A program made the position numbers and the translations under genes. Under the pieces are notes generated by a model that was not told the origin of the DNA, made no database searches, and saw only the letters and a list, made by a program, of their open reading frames with translations. A stretch of DNA of 64,000 bases from Psammoneis japonica (taxonomy: Eukaryota), in the NCBI GenBank assembly GCA_008632985.1, contig QPGO01000022.1, forward strand, positions 372,001 to 436,000. The letters are read 5' to 3'. How positions within the stretch are numbered: position 1 is the stretch's first letter; the number at the start of each line of letters is the position of its first letter. Positions 24,193 to 36,885 of the stretch are shown here, in pieces.

Positions 24193-25356
24193 TCATTTTT
24201 CGGGTATGGAAGCAACCAAAGCTCCAGGGGGACTGACTTGAATCGGGCGAACTATGTCGACCTTACTTAGAGGCACCTGGATTGCAGGTGTGACCCAAGA
24301 TCCACACGAGCATTGCGTCCCTGCCCATTTCCAGCTACCAAGCTTACTTTTGCACTTTGGGCATGCAAATTTCCCTTCCGCTGCACTCATTTCACCCATC
24401 CACGCAACGCCGATGCTGAGAAATAAACTCCCACACTCGCCACTGTCTACTTGTCCTTTCCGCCTGGAGAATCCGTGTGTTGCCCGAGCATGCGGCGGGT
24501 TTTCCAAGTCGTCTTCCCCAAAAAGTATAGTTCTACACATGCGACAGGCAAACCTTTTTCTATTTGCATCAATGTCCTGCAACGTTGGAACCTCCCCAAC
24601 CACGACCTCCTCAAAACTTGATGAATTCGATTTTGTAATAGACGTCTCATCGACAGTATCCGCACCTTCGATGTAAGAAGCTTTGGGCAAGTTTTGAATG
24701 TTATCCAATTTGCCCTCATTTGAAGTCTGATTTGCTTCAGGATAGGCGGCATGTACTACCTTGGTTGCTAGTGACGTAACGAAATGAGCCATTTTCCCGG
24801 GTCCAATCGTACCGAGGCGAATAGCTTCTGCCTTGGCGTCGGCATCCATAGCCTTGTAAGCATCGTTTTCTTCTTTCATAGACAAGTAGTTTGAATTGTG
24901 AGTGACGGTTTCGATCAAAATTGGTCTTGTGTCGGGTTCTGGTTGCTTCGCTGCAGAAATGCTATTTATGAATGTTTGTATCGCAATCACATCCTGTTCA
25001 CATTCAATTCCACAGCCAATGGCAACTGCAGACACGCCCGAAAACCGGCATGTTTCTTCATCTTGTGCATCAAAGAACGGTGCCAAACTAGATCCCCGTG
25101 GTCGTTTCCCATCCAATCCATGATATTGCACGCCGGAAAGATAACGAACGGGATCTCCGTTTTCGTTCTCATATGAGCCAAAGGTTGCCACGCATGGGAG
25201 ATATTCAATTAGGATATCGGTGAAGTCAGACTCGTCTCTGCCCACAGCGACAGGTATCACTTTCTTGTCGTCAGAGATAAGCGACACCACTTTTGCAACT
25301 CGAGCTCGCTGTGCTCCGATGATTAACACTCGGCACTTATCGCGGATTTCTTCCAT
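24193..25356 (-). CDS. Protein with C-terminal YVH1/DUSP12-type zinc-binding domain; no phosphatase motif
   Basis: 'FACRMCRTILF...H...CGSLF...GKFACPKCKSKLGSWKWAGTQCSCGSWVTPAIQVPLSKVD'. No HCxxGxSR motif is present. Confidence 0.75.
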   Translation of the reverse strand: MEEIRDKCRVLIIGAQRARVAKVVSLISDDKKVIPVAVGRDESDFTDILIEYLPCVATFGSYENENGDPVRYLSGVQYHGLDGKRPRGSSLAPFFDAQDEETCRFSGVSAVAIGCGIECEQDVIAIQTFINSISAAKQPEPDTRPILIETVTHNSNYLSMKEENDAYKAMDADAKAEAIRLGTIGPGKMAHFVTSLATKVVHAAYPEANQTSNEGKLDNIQNLPKASYIEGADTVDETSITKSNSSSFEEVVVGEVPTLQDIDANRKRFACRMCRTILFGEDDLENPPHARATHGFSRRKGQVDSGECGSLFLSIGVAWMGEMSAAEGKFACPKCKSKLGSWKWAGTQCSCGSWVTPAIQVPLSKVDIVRPIQVSPPGALVASIPEK

Positions 25357-25610
25357 GCGTCTTATTGACAGGGCAATAATGGCACCGACTCTCGATGCGT
25401 GCGCTGCCTACCGGTACTGTATCTCCAATCTATGCCGTTCATCATTGTCACGGCAGCGCATCGTGCATCATCGCAACGTGAGCGCGCGACACAGGTGCGC
25501 GTTTTGCCGCAGGATGCAGGCAGGATTGAGGATTGAGGCATGAAGATGGGCATGAGGCACGAAGATGGAAATGGATTACGTAGTCCTATAGATAGCAGAT
25601 ATAACCGAAG

Positions 25611-26955
25611 ATGATGAACCCTAGTAATGGGAGGGGCCACTCTGTGGCAATGCAGCAAAAAATTGGAGATCATGCAAGAATTACCCACGCTGAATTGGCA
25701 GCCGCAGGGGAGCCTCAGGACCCTGCGGCTGAATCGTCTCGCCCCGTTATATATTCTGGGGAACGCAACGCCTTAGTCACAGTGATATCAAATGCTGACG
25801 AAGCAAATAATGACCCTCAGCGTCAGGAACGTGTGTTTATAGTAAGGTCGGATGTACAACTTCCGGATAGAGCATACCGCCTGGTAAAAGGGAAGAGAAG
25901 CCTAGGTCGGGATTGGGGGAGACTGGTTTTTGCATTGATACTTCACCGGGTGGGAAACACTGCAAGATTTCGCGAACCTCAGAGAGACGAGGCTGAATAT
26001 GTGGCAATCAAAGAAATTGATAAGAGAAAAGTCAACGATTATCTTCGACGAGGTGGACGAGAAAATCCCTACCGAGATATTCAACGTATGCAGGAGATTG
26101 GAGACAACCTCCATGTCATAAAATGCATTGAAGCGCTTGAAGATGAAAATAATCTCTATACAATCATGCCAAGATGTGAAGAAAGTCTCACGGATGCCAT
26201 ACCTTGGTCCACTTCAGATGAATGCAACAACGGGTGGTTGTCAGAATCGGACACTGCCTCTTTGTTCTGCCAGATTCTTCAGAACCTACACTATTTGCAG
26301 TCTAAAGGCGTTTGTCACCATGACCTCTCTCCTGAGAACATGATGCTTTACAAAGGAAGAATCGTATTCATTGACTTTGCCATGTCGCTCAAAGTCCCGA
26401 TTCGTGTTGGATCGGGAATGAGACTGCTCACCAAAGCACAAGGAGTTTTTGGTTAGTGTTGCTGTCCTTTGCTCGTCGTTTGGCCTTTTTGCAGCTATAT
26501 TCGTGTCGCTCTCGTTGCACCATACATTCTCGTACTCATGGATTGATTTCTCTCTTAAAATATGTACAACAGGGAAGCAGCCGTACATGGCACCAGAGGT
26601 TGTTGCCAATGCTGCATTTGACGGGTTCGCTGTTGATTTGTGGTCAGCTTGTGTATCCTTGTACAATGTTTTGGTCGCCGACTTTCTGTTCCACGTAGCC
26701 CATCCTGTCGATGTGATGTTCAAGTACTTTATTATGGCAGGAGCTCTATCCAATCAGCCGCTGAATGAACGGGTTGTGGAAATTCTAATGGAATCGGATG
26801 CTAGACAACGCGAAAAACTGAAAACGCGAGTCATGTCACACATGAATTTAAGCCATGATGTAGTGGACCTTCTTCATAACGCGTTGCAATTGAGTCCTTT
26901 CAACCGCTTTACGCTGGCGCAATGTATCGAGGCGAGGTGGTTGAGACAGCATTAA
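25611..26955 (+). CDS. Ser/Thr protein kinase; intron 26452..26572
   Basis: VAIK, HHDLSPEN, IDFAM, then 'GKQPYMAPE' and 'DLWS' after splicing. Confidence 0.9.
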
Positions 26956-27052
26956 ACGTGTTTTAAACGGCAGAATAGAAACATTAAAAGTCACGGTTTT
27001 GTCAGCGACGCTCAATAGATTACGTTGCAATTCTTTTTGGCGAGACTGCTGG

Positions 27053-28416
27053 TCATTTCGCATCTTCGTCGACGGAGCCTTCGTCGTTGGTGGCGACAAG
27101 GTAAACTCCCAATCCAATCAAAGCGCCGCCTGCAACACCCGCAGTCCCAAGCGTCTCTCCGAGCAAGAGCCATGCGAAAAGTGCGGTAAAGATAGGTTGC
27201 GTGGTGTAGATTAGGTTCGCGTCTGATGGAGCGATGAATTTCTGCCCATAGCTTTGAGCTGTGATTGTGTAGGCTATTGTTACACAACCCGTCCAACAAA
27301 TGGCTCCAATCACTGGTAGGACGGCGGACATGGACATGGAACCCGTGGAAAATCCCTCGGCTATCCCTGTGGAAAAGGCAATGATTTCATTTCTCGCTTC
27401 GGCGGCACCTTGAATGTGATCCTGGTTCCCAGCTATCATGATACCAACTATGACGGCAACACTCAAGATCGTTTCGGTTGCAGCTTTACATGATGCTAAT
27501 TTGATTGCCATTGTTTCCTTCGCGTATCGACTGAGTCGGATACAATGAAAGGAATAAGACAAAGCAGCCAACACAATAAGTAGATCGCCTTGCGATATCC
27601 CACTCGCACAGTTTCTGATATCGACAATATCCGTGCCTTCAAAACTCATCACTGCCACTCCAACCAGCGCTACAGCACATGCCACCCATGTTCTTTTCGT
27701 GATGGCGTTCAATTTTCCGGCGAGAGGTGCCTGCAACAGTGGGACCATGATCTATGCAAGAAGTGAGCCCTACATATGGAGAAGGAACCAAAACTCTTCA
27801 TGTGTTCTCCACCTACCGTGGTGAGCTGCAAAAGAAATGCAGCCCTATCAGCATTGACAGTCTTCAGCCCAAGTACCTGTAGTCCGTTGCCCAAAAAGAG
27901 ATATGAACCCAACTCAATCCCACCTCGAATAGTTTTGTCGTCTTGCCCATCTTTCTCCTTTGTATCATAACCGAGTGAAGGCAGCGCTAGTGACAACAAT
28001 GATATAGAAGCCACTGAGTAGTACGCCACAGTAAATAGCGAACTTGGAATCGCGGGCTCTATTGCATACACGTATCGAACTGCGGGCTCAAAAGTTCCCC
28101 AGGCTGCAGGCACAGTTAATAAGACTAGAAATCCGAGATTACGTTGGAGTTCAATGTTCTCCAGCTCGTTTCCGTCGTTTGAAGGCAAATCCCACAAATA
28201 TGAGTATGAGGCCTTTTGGCTTCTTCTACTCATGCAGAACGAACAGCGGCCCGGTCGATGCCGGCATGAATTGTGGTTATGATCTGAACAGCTACACAGA
28301 AATAGTTGGTGTGAACTGAATGACGTGGTAGAGAAATATGTAGTTAGCAACAGGTGGCAAGCCAGATGAAACATAAGCTTGGGTGAAGCTGATCGGCGAC
28401 GAGATTGTTTTATCAT
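27053..28416 (-). CDS. EamA/DMT-family transporter; intron 27752..27816
   Basis: Multiple transmembrane helices; 'GGIELGSYLFLGNGLQVLGL', 'RAAFLLQLTT', 'AQSYGQ...ANLIYTTQPIFTALFAW..LGE'. Confidence 0.88.
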
Positions 28417-29310
28417 TGAGCTTCAAGGTATGGGATCAATGATATTTCTGTTCGAGTTACTCTCGAAGTAGTACGACTACGAGGTACAGAAAAAAACGCT
28501 GTCAGGAAGGTCCGTGTCGAATGAAACCTCCGGCACTCTGCAACGACTCACAAGCTTACGGTACAACTTCGCAAATTGAAAAAAAGCATAATGCATATAA
28601 TGCAAGGAGTAGCAACAGGTAGCCCTTCCCGAGTTACCGTGCGTACTAGAGGGCCTACTCTATTTGCATCGGTGACAAGAATGAAGTCTCATGATCGATC
28701 ATGACGCATCAAACCCAAAACGTGGAAAGAAGCAAAGACTGACGTATGACGGACGGACTGTGACACCCAGAAAGACCTACGGTGCCGGTAACCTCATCAC
28801 GCAGCCGCCATGACATTCTGGCCAATTCGGCGTCGGCGTCCGTGGCCGCATGGACTTTCTCATCCACGCCGTTTGCATGTATGTTGAACACTGCCTCTCC
28901 CCAGATGTGACCCCTGCCAAGGCCATGGTCCTTTTGGACCTCACCAAATTTTCAACGAGGCCTCCCATGTGTGCTGACACCCCCTGGCTGCCGACACACG
29001 CAATCTCTGCCAAGGAACACAGGAAGGAGACAAGATGCAACCACAGAGACAGCCAAACTGTGGTGCTGCTGGTGAGTGATTTGGGTTGATCTGAGGTTGA
29101 CAGTGATGGTTGAGATTTGAATCTGACTGTCTGAGAATCTTCCCAACATTGTGGCAGATCTTTTCTGTGCGTGAGATTGACGAGCACTTGTGCTGCTCCA
29201 CGGGTGTTGCCTTTGGCAATCTGTGGTGATCAGCACAGCCCCCCCCCAAAAAAAAAACATGCTGCCCCCTCCTCCTCTTCTTTGACCTTGCAAGCAAAGA
29301 GCCCAGCATC

Positions 29311-32300
29311 TGCCTCTCATTCTCTTCTGCCTGTGCTCGTGTCATCACAGCTCCAGTGCGTGCCTGGGGAGTCCACCACATGGTTGTCCCCATTTCCCTT
29401 CAGTGCTCTGTCAGGCCATGGCCTTGTGCTGCAATGCTGAGTTCTGGGTCATGCTTTCTGTTTCAATTCATTTGTTTTGTGAGCCGATCAAGCAAGCCTC
29501 ATCTTTTGTTCCCGAAAGGATGTTTTTCTCGCTTTCCCGGCATTCTTCAGGCTCTTTCAAACACACCAGCTTTCTGCATGTGCATGACCAAAAATGATTT
29601 CACCAAATCCAACCATGGCATCTCTCAACCCTTCAAAGGTCACCCCCATGTCTGTCACAGAGATCTGCCATGAACTCCAAGCACATGCCACTCCACCACA
29701 CGTCCACACGCCCCTGCTGAACATGCTGTGTGCAGATGCCACACATGATCTGGATCCGTTCTTTGAAGACCCAGAGCATGCTTGGCCCAAGAAGAACTTT
29801 TTGGACTTGTTCCATGAGTTTCTCATCAATCAAGCAATTTCACCTTGCACGGCAGTCCCACGGACATGCAGTCCACCAAGAAGACAACTCTGGATGAAGC
29901 TCCTTTTCGCATTGCAGACCCCCTGCAAAGCCTCGTGCAAGTCATCTGTCACCCCTGAAAGTCTCTCATCCATGACAAAGTTGACTCTTCAGAAACATGA
30001 GCAATCTCCACACATTCTCATGTCGCTGCAGCATGTCCACATCAGCCCCAATGTGCAGCGGAGTTGTGGAGACTGGAGAGAGTTCTCTCTTGATCCACAC
30101 AAGCCAACAACACCGTCTGCACCCCCATCCTCAATGACTGTGACATCCTCTTCTGTTGGTGTGAATGATCTGGGTGCAGCACTCAACAAGTTTGCATTGA
30201 GCCAAGCTCCATCTTTGACTGCTGCTGGGAAGACTCCAGGAGGTGCTCTTGCTGCATCTGTTGCATCCAAGTGCCTGTTCAATCCCAACACCTTGCCCAA
30301 GGATGTCAGTGAACAATGTGATTGCAAGAAAAACGGCAATGTCACGCATCATGCACATGGATGCCATCACTGTGTCAATGCTTCTGACCACACCATTCTC
30401 AATGATGGTGCTCTTTTCATCATGAGCTTGACTCCCAATCAGAAGATGTTGTTCAGGGAGCCACCTGTGTGTCATGATGGCCCTCTGGCAGGAATTCATG
30501 CATGGCACCAAAATTTTCAATGTCACTCATTTGACTCTGATGCCACGTGCAACCTTCATGGTGCTTCACCAAGACTCATGGCGGTGAGAAAGGATTCACA
30601 ATCAGCAATGGCAATGACAACAACTTGCCACAACACATGTGTGTGCACTGCAAGGAAGCTGAGAGTCCTCTTCACAAGATTCTCTCATGAACAGACATGT
30701 TCCCCAAGAACAGCAAGTGCCATTGCATTGTTGCTTTGTGCTGTGGTGATGGATGCAAGGCCCTCAAGCAGATTCCATGTGAGAATCATCTGGCTTTCTC
30801 AATGATGAAGAGCTGCTAGATTGGCAGACTCCTGTCTTGTGCAAGGAAACCTGTCGTTGGCCAACTGACACATCTTTTTCAAGGACTTTCTGCAGCTGCA
30901 CACTTGTGTTGCCTCTTTGATGTGATGAACTCCACTTTGGATGACCCACGTGAGATGACTGTCTTCATCAAGACCACCAAGCATTCCAAGTCATTGTCTT
31001 GTGCCACATGCAGTCAAGGCAAGTCTCCAGCAATGCTCAAGAAACACATGCTGGATGCTTGCAGATTGTTGAGACACTGTCTGATTTTCTGCACCAACCT
31101 GACAGTCCTGTTGTCTCCAGTCACACCAATGTTTGCACAATCCATGCCACAAATGGGAACACAAATGAGATGACACCCATCAATGTGTCAGTGCTTTGAC
31201 GATTCCAGAGGTGCCCCTCATCAAAGCTGATCCCAAGGATGCACCCAATGATGCCATCAGTGATGACACCTTCAATGTCCCCCATGTGATGAATTGGCTG
31301 GCTGGAGTTGATGTGCAACCCACTGATGAGGGTTGTCTCCTCCATCATGCCTGCTCTGCTCCTGTCTGCAAACTCAAAACTGTCCCACAGGAAGCATCCA
31401 AGAAGCCCTGCTTGGTTTGTTCTGGTTGCCATTTGTTTGATGACTGTCTTGCATTGACTGATGCTCAACACATCAAAGGATTTCAGACTCACTTTTGTCA
31501 GCTCTTGAAGCATGAGACAGCCATGCATGCTGCAACATTCCAAGGAACTCAAGGTTCATTGCTGTCTGCCAAGGAAGTTGTGGATGACCCACCTGATCCC
31601 AGCACCACCAAGTCTCTGGATTTTCAATCGGGTCATTGCAGCCAGTTTTGGATCTGTTGCACAGCCCATTTTCTCCCAACCAAGACAAGACAAATGCAGG
31701 TGGGGTGACTGTGAAAAAGGAACTGCCAGTCTTGTCATTTGCCACTGCTCTGCCTCTTTCTCCAATGACAAAGCAGGGCAGCAAGTGATTCCCAGTGTTG
31801 TCCATGAAACTGGATGTCCATGCCCTGCCAGATGATGATCCAGCTGCAAATTCTTTAGATCAGGGGAGGGAAGAACAACCCTCTGTCAATCCAGAAGAAT
31901 CACTCAACTTTGACCATGACATGGATCATGATGATGGAACAGGAGCAATCAATTTTGTCTGAGCAACTCCAATCACACCCACTGTTGCTTTTGAGTCTAT
32001 GAAGATGGAAACTGACCGTGAATTTTTTTGTGATCAACGCTGTCAACTTTGCTCCGAATGAACATTGTGCTCAATTGGATGCTGGTGCTGACATTGCTTG
32101 TGCTGGTGAATGAGACCTCCTTCACCAACACCAAGGTTTTACACCAGATGACCCATGTCCCCTTGCTGTCAACCCAGCTCTTGGTCACAAAGTGATGCCA
32201 GTTGGCTTTGGTTGTCTGCACATTCCAGCAGAGAAATCTCAAGGCTTTGTCAAGATCCGAGCATGTCATCACCCACAGATTTGCTCTGCTCTGGTTGACG

Positions 32301-35300
32301 AACTGTCATTGCCAGGCAAGAATGGCACATCACTGCCAATCCTGCAATGTTCTTGGCTGCATCCTCAAGTTCCATGACTTGGGCACCTGCAAGTTTGTGG
32401 CATGACATTGGTTGTGCAAGAGTCAGGATGTTGTCACGCATGGACAATTGATCAATGGCAAGTGCTGCACTCACCCCCTTGTGCCTCTGACATCCCATGA
32501 TGCTCTCAATGAGTCAACAGAGCATTTGAAAGCAAGCAACCCATCCTTTGTTGCTGAAAAGTGTGAGGCAGTTGCAGTGCACATGATTTGAACACATTGT
32601 GGGCACCAAAACAACCTGTTGGCTGCACGAGGAGGAATGCAGAGCAATCCCCCGGGTCTGTCAAGACATTCCTTTTGAGAAGCATGCTGAGAAGCACACC
32701 CCAGTTCAGCCCCTCAAGGCCAGCATGGAATGCCTTCTGTGGCATCAATGACTTGGCCATCCCAGTGACCATCATCTGCATCATGCTCTCATGAGCATGT
32801 TGCTGGTGTCCTGAAGTTTGCTCTTGGCACATCTCCCCTGGACACCTGTCAAACATGCATGCAAGCCAAGCAGACCAAGGAACCCACTGGTCCATGTGCT
32901 GCCTTGACCACTGCTCAACCACATCAAGGTCTCATGGCAGACTCATCTTTCTCTGGATTGCTCGCCAAGAACAAGAAATGTGCCACTGATTGTGTTGGTT
33001 TGAATGGCAAGACATGTTGAACAACAACACCTGTGATCACTTTGCAAAACATCTCCATGGTGACACTTGTGCTTCCAAGGCTGCTCCTTTGAATTGGACC
33101 CACCACTTTCTAGAAGAGCACTTGCCAAAATGCCCAGACAAATGTGTTTTTCTGGATCAAGGTGGTGAGTTGTGTGGCAATCCGGTGGTTTGGCGACTTT
33201 TTGAGGATGACTTTCACCATGTAATTTGTCCTGCTTGAAAAGATGCTTCAAATCGGAGTGGCCCAGTGCAACAGAGTCATTTGACCATTGCCAATGCCAT
33301 CCAAGCAATGTTGACAGGTGCAGATTTGCCCACCACATTTTGGCCCTTTGCATCAAGAATGCTGTGCCATCCCAAGGACAAGAAGCTGACCCAATTGCTC
33401 TTGCTGCTCATTGGAAGGATGACTTCACTGCATTTGGAAGGCAAAGTTCAAGACCAAATCTTGCAAGGGGATTTTCTTGGGTTGTCTTTCAGGTGTGATG
33501 GAGAATGTTCTGTGGCATCATCCTGAGACATCTTGGGTCAAGACTGCCAAGCACACAAGTTTTGATGAAGGGATGAATGTCCCAGATCATGATCCCATTC
33601 CTTTGAATGTGGTGCATTTCGAGTGCACTCAGGCAGGTGGCCCCATGCCAGCTGAGACCAAGGAAACTGGGGTGGACTGGCTTCACTTCCTCACTGGTGG
33701 CCCTCTTGTCAAGACCATCATGTGTGCAATGAAGGGTTTGTTCCTGGATTCTAACTTTGAGATGACTTTGACTGCCAATGAATTGCATCAACATGTCCAT
33801 GTCTTGGATGTTGAATGTGGTGCTCCCACTGCTCACCCATTTTCTTCATTGAAGGCAACTCACAACAACATCTTGGGCACATGTGTTGTCTTGCTGGTTG
33901 GTGATCAGCGTGTTTTCACCACTGATGATGCAATCAAATGATTGCAGCAGGCTTGTGATTTGGGCAAGACACACTTCAAGATTGAATTTGCCCTTGAACA
34001 ATGTCTTGCTTCCAAGGCTTTGCAGTGTGCTCTGGTGGAGCACAATGTCTTCACTCCTGCTCCAGATCCCAATGAAGAACACATTCCAGAGCTCATGTGT
34101 GCAACAGCTGCAACACAACATTGTCCTGATGCCAACTTTTTGGTTCTCAATGAAGTTGAAGAACTTCCTCCTTTTTATGTTGATTGTGACAATGGCATCA
34201 TGAACATCCATGCAATTTCGTCTCATGCTGTTGCTCCAGAAGAGCAAGCTCTGGGTGCTTTTGCTCAGAATTGTCTCAAGGAGTTGTCTGCATGGCCAGA
34301 GTGTTGTGCCAGCGAGTTGAAGCATTTGGATCAGTTCCATGAGCTCGGCATGTTTGGTGTGCCAATCAAACACCCCAAGGATGCAATTGTTCTCCACCCC
34401 AATTGGCAGCATGACCTCAAGCACGATGGCACAAGATGATCTTGCAAGTGCGGTCATGGTTCACCTCATGCTGTGCCTGCACTTCACCAGCTGCAATTGA
34501 CACACTCGTTGTGTGTCAAGCAACCAATCTAATGCATGTTCTTCATGCCAGTGGCTGCAATGAACTGTTGCCTTTTTGGCAGTGATGCTCAAGATGCACC
34601 TCTGCAAACTCCCCCAAACCCTCCTGCCCTGGTTGCTGGTTGCAACCAATCCAATTCATGTTCTTCATGCCAGTGGTGGCAATGAGCTGTTGCCTTTTTG
34701 GCAGTGATGCTCAAGATGCACATCTGCAAACTCCCCCAAGCCCTCCCATCCTGGTTGGTGGTTGGTGGTTGCCAGTTGGTGGTTGGTGTTTGGTGGTTGC
34801 CAGTTGCCGGTTGCCGGTTGCCAGTTGGCAGTTGGCAGTTGGCGGTTGCCAGTTGCTGGCAGCCAGTTGGTGGTTGCCGGTTGGTGGTTGGTTGTTGGTG
34901 GTTGGTGGTTGCCTGTTGCAAGTTGCCATTTGCTGGTTGGTGGTTGGTGCTGGTTGCCGGTTGCTGGTTGCAGGTTGGTGGTTGGTGGTTGCTGGTTGCT
35001 GGTTTGTGGTTGGTGGTTGCCGGTTGCCGGTTGCCGGTTGCTAGTTGCCAGCTTCTGGTTGCCAGTTGCTGGTTGGTGGTTGCTGGTTGCCTGTTGGTGG
35101 TTGCCAGTTGCTGGTTGCTGGTTGCCAGTTGCTGGTTGCTGGTTGTCAGTTGCTGTTTGTTGGTTGCTGGTTGCAGGTTGCCAGCTGCTGGTTGCTGGCT
35201 GCTGGTTGTTGCCGGTTGCTGGTTGCCGGTTGCTTGATGCATGTCTCACTTTGGCATCAAGTTGGATGTTGGAGCATGGTTCTGACAGCGCAGCATGCTC

Positions 35301-36885
35301 TCCAAGGACACCCAGAAGCCAGGGTGCTCTGGGAGGACCACATCAACAGCACACTGACTGATGCAACTCTGTTGTTCTGCAATGCTGTGCATGACAAGTG
35401 CATTTGCTCTGCTGCCTTTGAAGGACACAAGATCTTGTTGTTGCTGGTGCTGCAGGTCAATGATTTCTCCATCACGCATCCTGAAAAATCCATTGTGACC
35501 AAGTTCTGTGATGAGATTGGCAAGGCTCTCCAAAATCCCTCACAGAAGCTGCTCCACCTTTCAAGCATCTTGGACTCATTGAAGAATTCAACAGTGTTGA
35601 CATTTGCCAGCATGATGATTTGACTGGCGTTGCCATTCACAGCCATGTCAAGAGAGTGTGCATGTTGCACAGATGGGCAAAACCAACTGCAGATGAACCT
35701 GCAGCTGATTGCAAGGCAACCCTGATCCTGGTTGATTGCATTCAGGAATTGCACACTGCTGTTGGCCCTGCTGAAGGTGTGCCAGAGCATGCTGTGCTTG
35801 AAGAGGCAGCTGGATTTATGTTGTGCACCACTTGGTGAATTGTTGCACGTGCATGTTGGGTGCAGATTGGAAATTGGACATGCTGTTGCCACCTTTTCTC
35901 AAGTTCTCTACATGCCCTGCAATGGTGCATTGTGGTGCTTTGAAAGAGGTGTTGCCAAGTGTCTCTGATGGACCAAGTGTTGGGAACTTATCTGCAAGAA
36001 ACCCACGCAAGATCCAACCCTGCCTTTGCACCCTTTTGAGCCCTTGATTCACAAACCCACTCTTCCATCATTTCCTGCTGCCAAGTTTGCCCAGCAGTTG
36101 CTTGCTTTTTTGGATGCTGCTTGCAGAAATGACCTTCACAACACTGCAAGTCAATGACGGGATGCAGTTGCATGTTGGCCAGTGCAGCTGTCCTCTCTTT
36201 CTGGTGCAAGACTCAGTCGGTGACTGCTGCAAGGTCCAAGGAAGCAGAGTTCCATGCTGCCAGCACCACCGCCAAGCATGTCTTCCCTTGTTTGTTGACA
36301 ATGAATTGGCAATCAAGATTGTCAACCATTCCATTCCCACTGAGTGCTTGTGACACATTGATGTCCAATTTTTGGCAATCCAAGATTGAAGGGAGGTGGA
36401 AAAGATTGTCACACGGCACATGTCCCTGGCATCACCAATCCCAGTGATGACCTTGCCAAGGCTCTGGGATGGGTGCTTCATGCCCACCATGCTTGACGCA
36501 TGATGGGAGACACTGCCATTGACATTTTTTCCATGGTGGCCTCCCTGCTGCAGATTGCCCCCTTGTTTGTTGCATTTTGGGCTTGGATGCTTTGTTTTGT
36601 CCTGTGGTCTGTTCTCCTGCATCATCCCTGTTCTTTGGATTAACCTGTGTTGTCTCCTGCATTTGGACATTTTGCAGATCAGGGGAGGCTCTCAGCCCAA
36701 CTGTCATGCGATGGACAGAGATTGCACATGGATGATGACCCAGACCATTTCTGCAGATGAGCACACAGATCTCTCTGAGATTTGCCTCTCATTCTCTTCT
36801 GCCAGTGCTCATGTTGTCACAGACCTGGTGCTCGGGGAGTCTGCCACATTGTCATCCCCGCTGGTGCCCTTTGGCATTCTGTCAG
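29311..36885 (+). mobile_element. Degenerate Ty1/Copia LTR retrotransposon with both LTR remnants
   Basis: Direct repeats at 29311..29414 and 36783..36885. PPT 'aggggagg' at 36681. Integrase 'LDQGGELCGNP' (33152), RT 'QHALQGHPE...LWEDHIN...HDKCIC...LQVNDF' (35290-35470), RNase H 'EAEFHAA' (36241). Confidence 0.85.
34752..35233. repeat. Degenerate 7-bp minisatellite (GGTTGCT/GGTTGCC/GGTTGGT/AGTTGCC) inside the Copia RT region
   Basis: About 480 bp of period-7 repeat, preceded by a ~110-bp tandem duplication (34520..34630 and 34642..34751). Confidence 0.9.

Noticed and set aside
34752..35233. Interstitial telomere
   Set aside because: The unit is a 7-mer with only GG runs and does not match TTAGGG or TTTAGGG even after restoring TA.
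34589..35361. Long Q/P/T/N-rich and V/A/G/C/W-rich ORFs
   Set aside because: These are translations of the 7-bp minisatellite, open in most frames.
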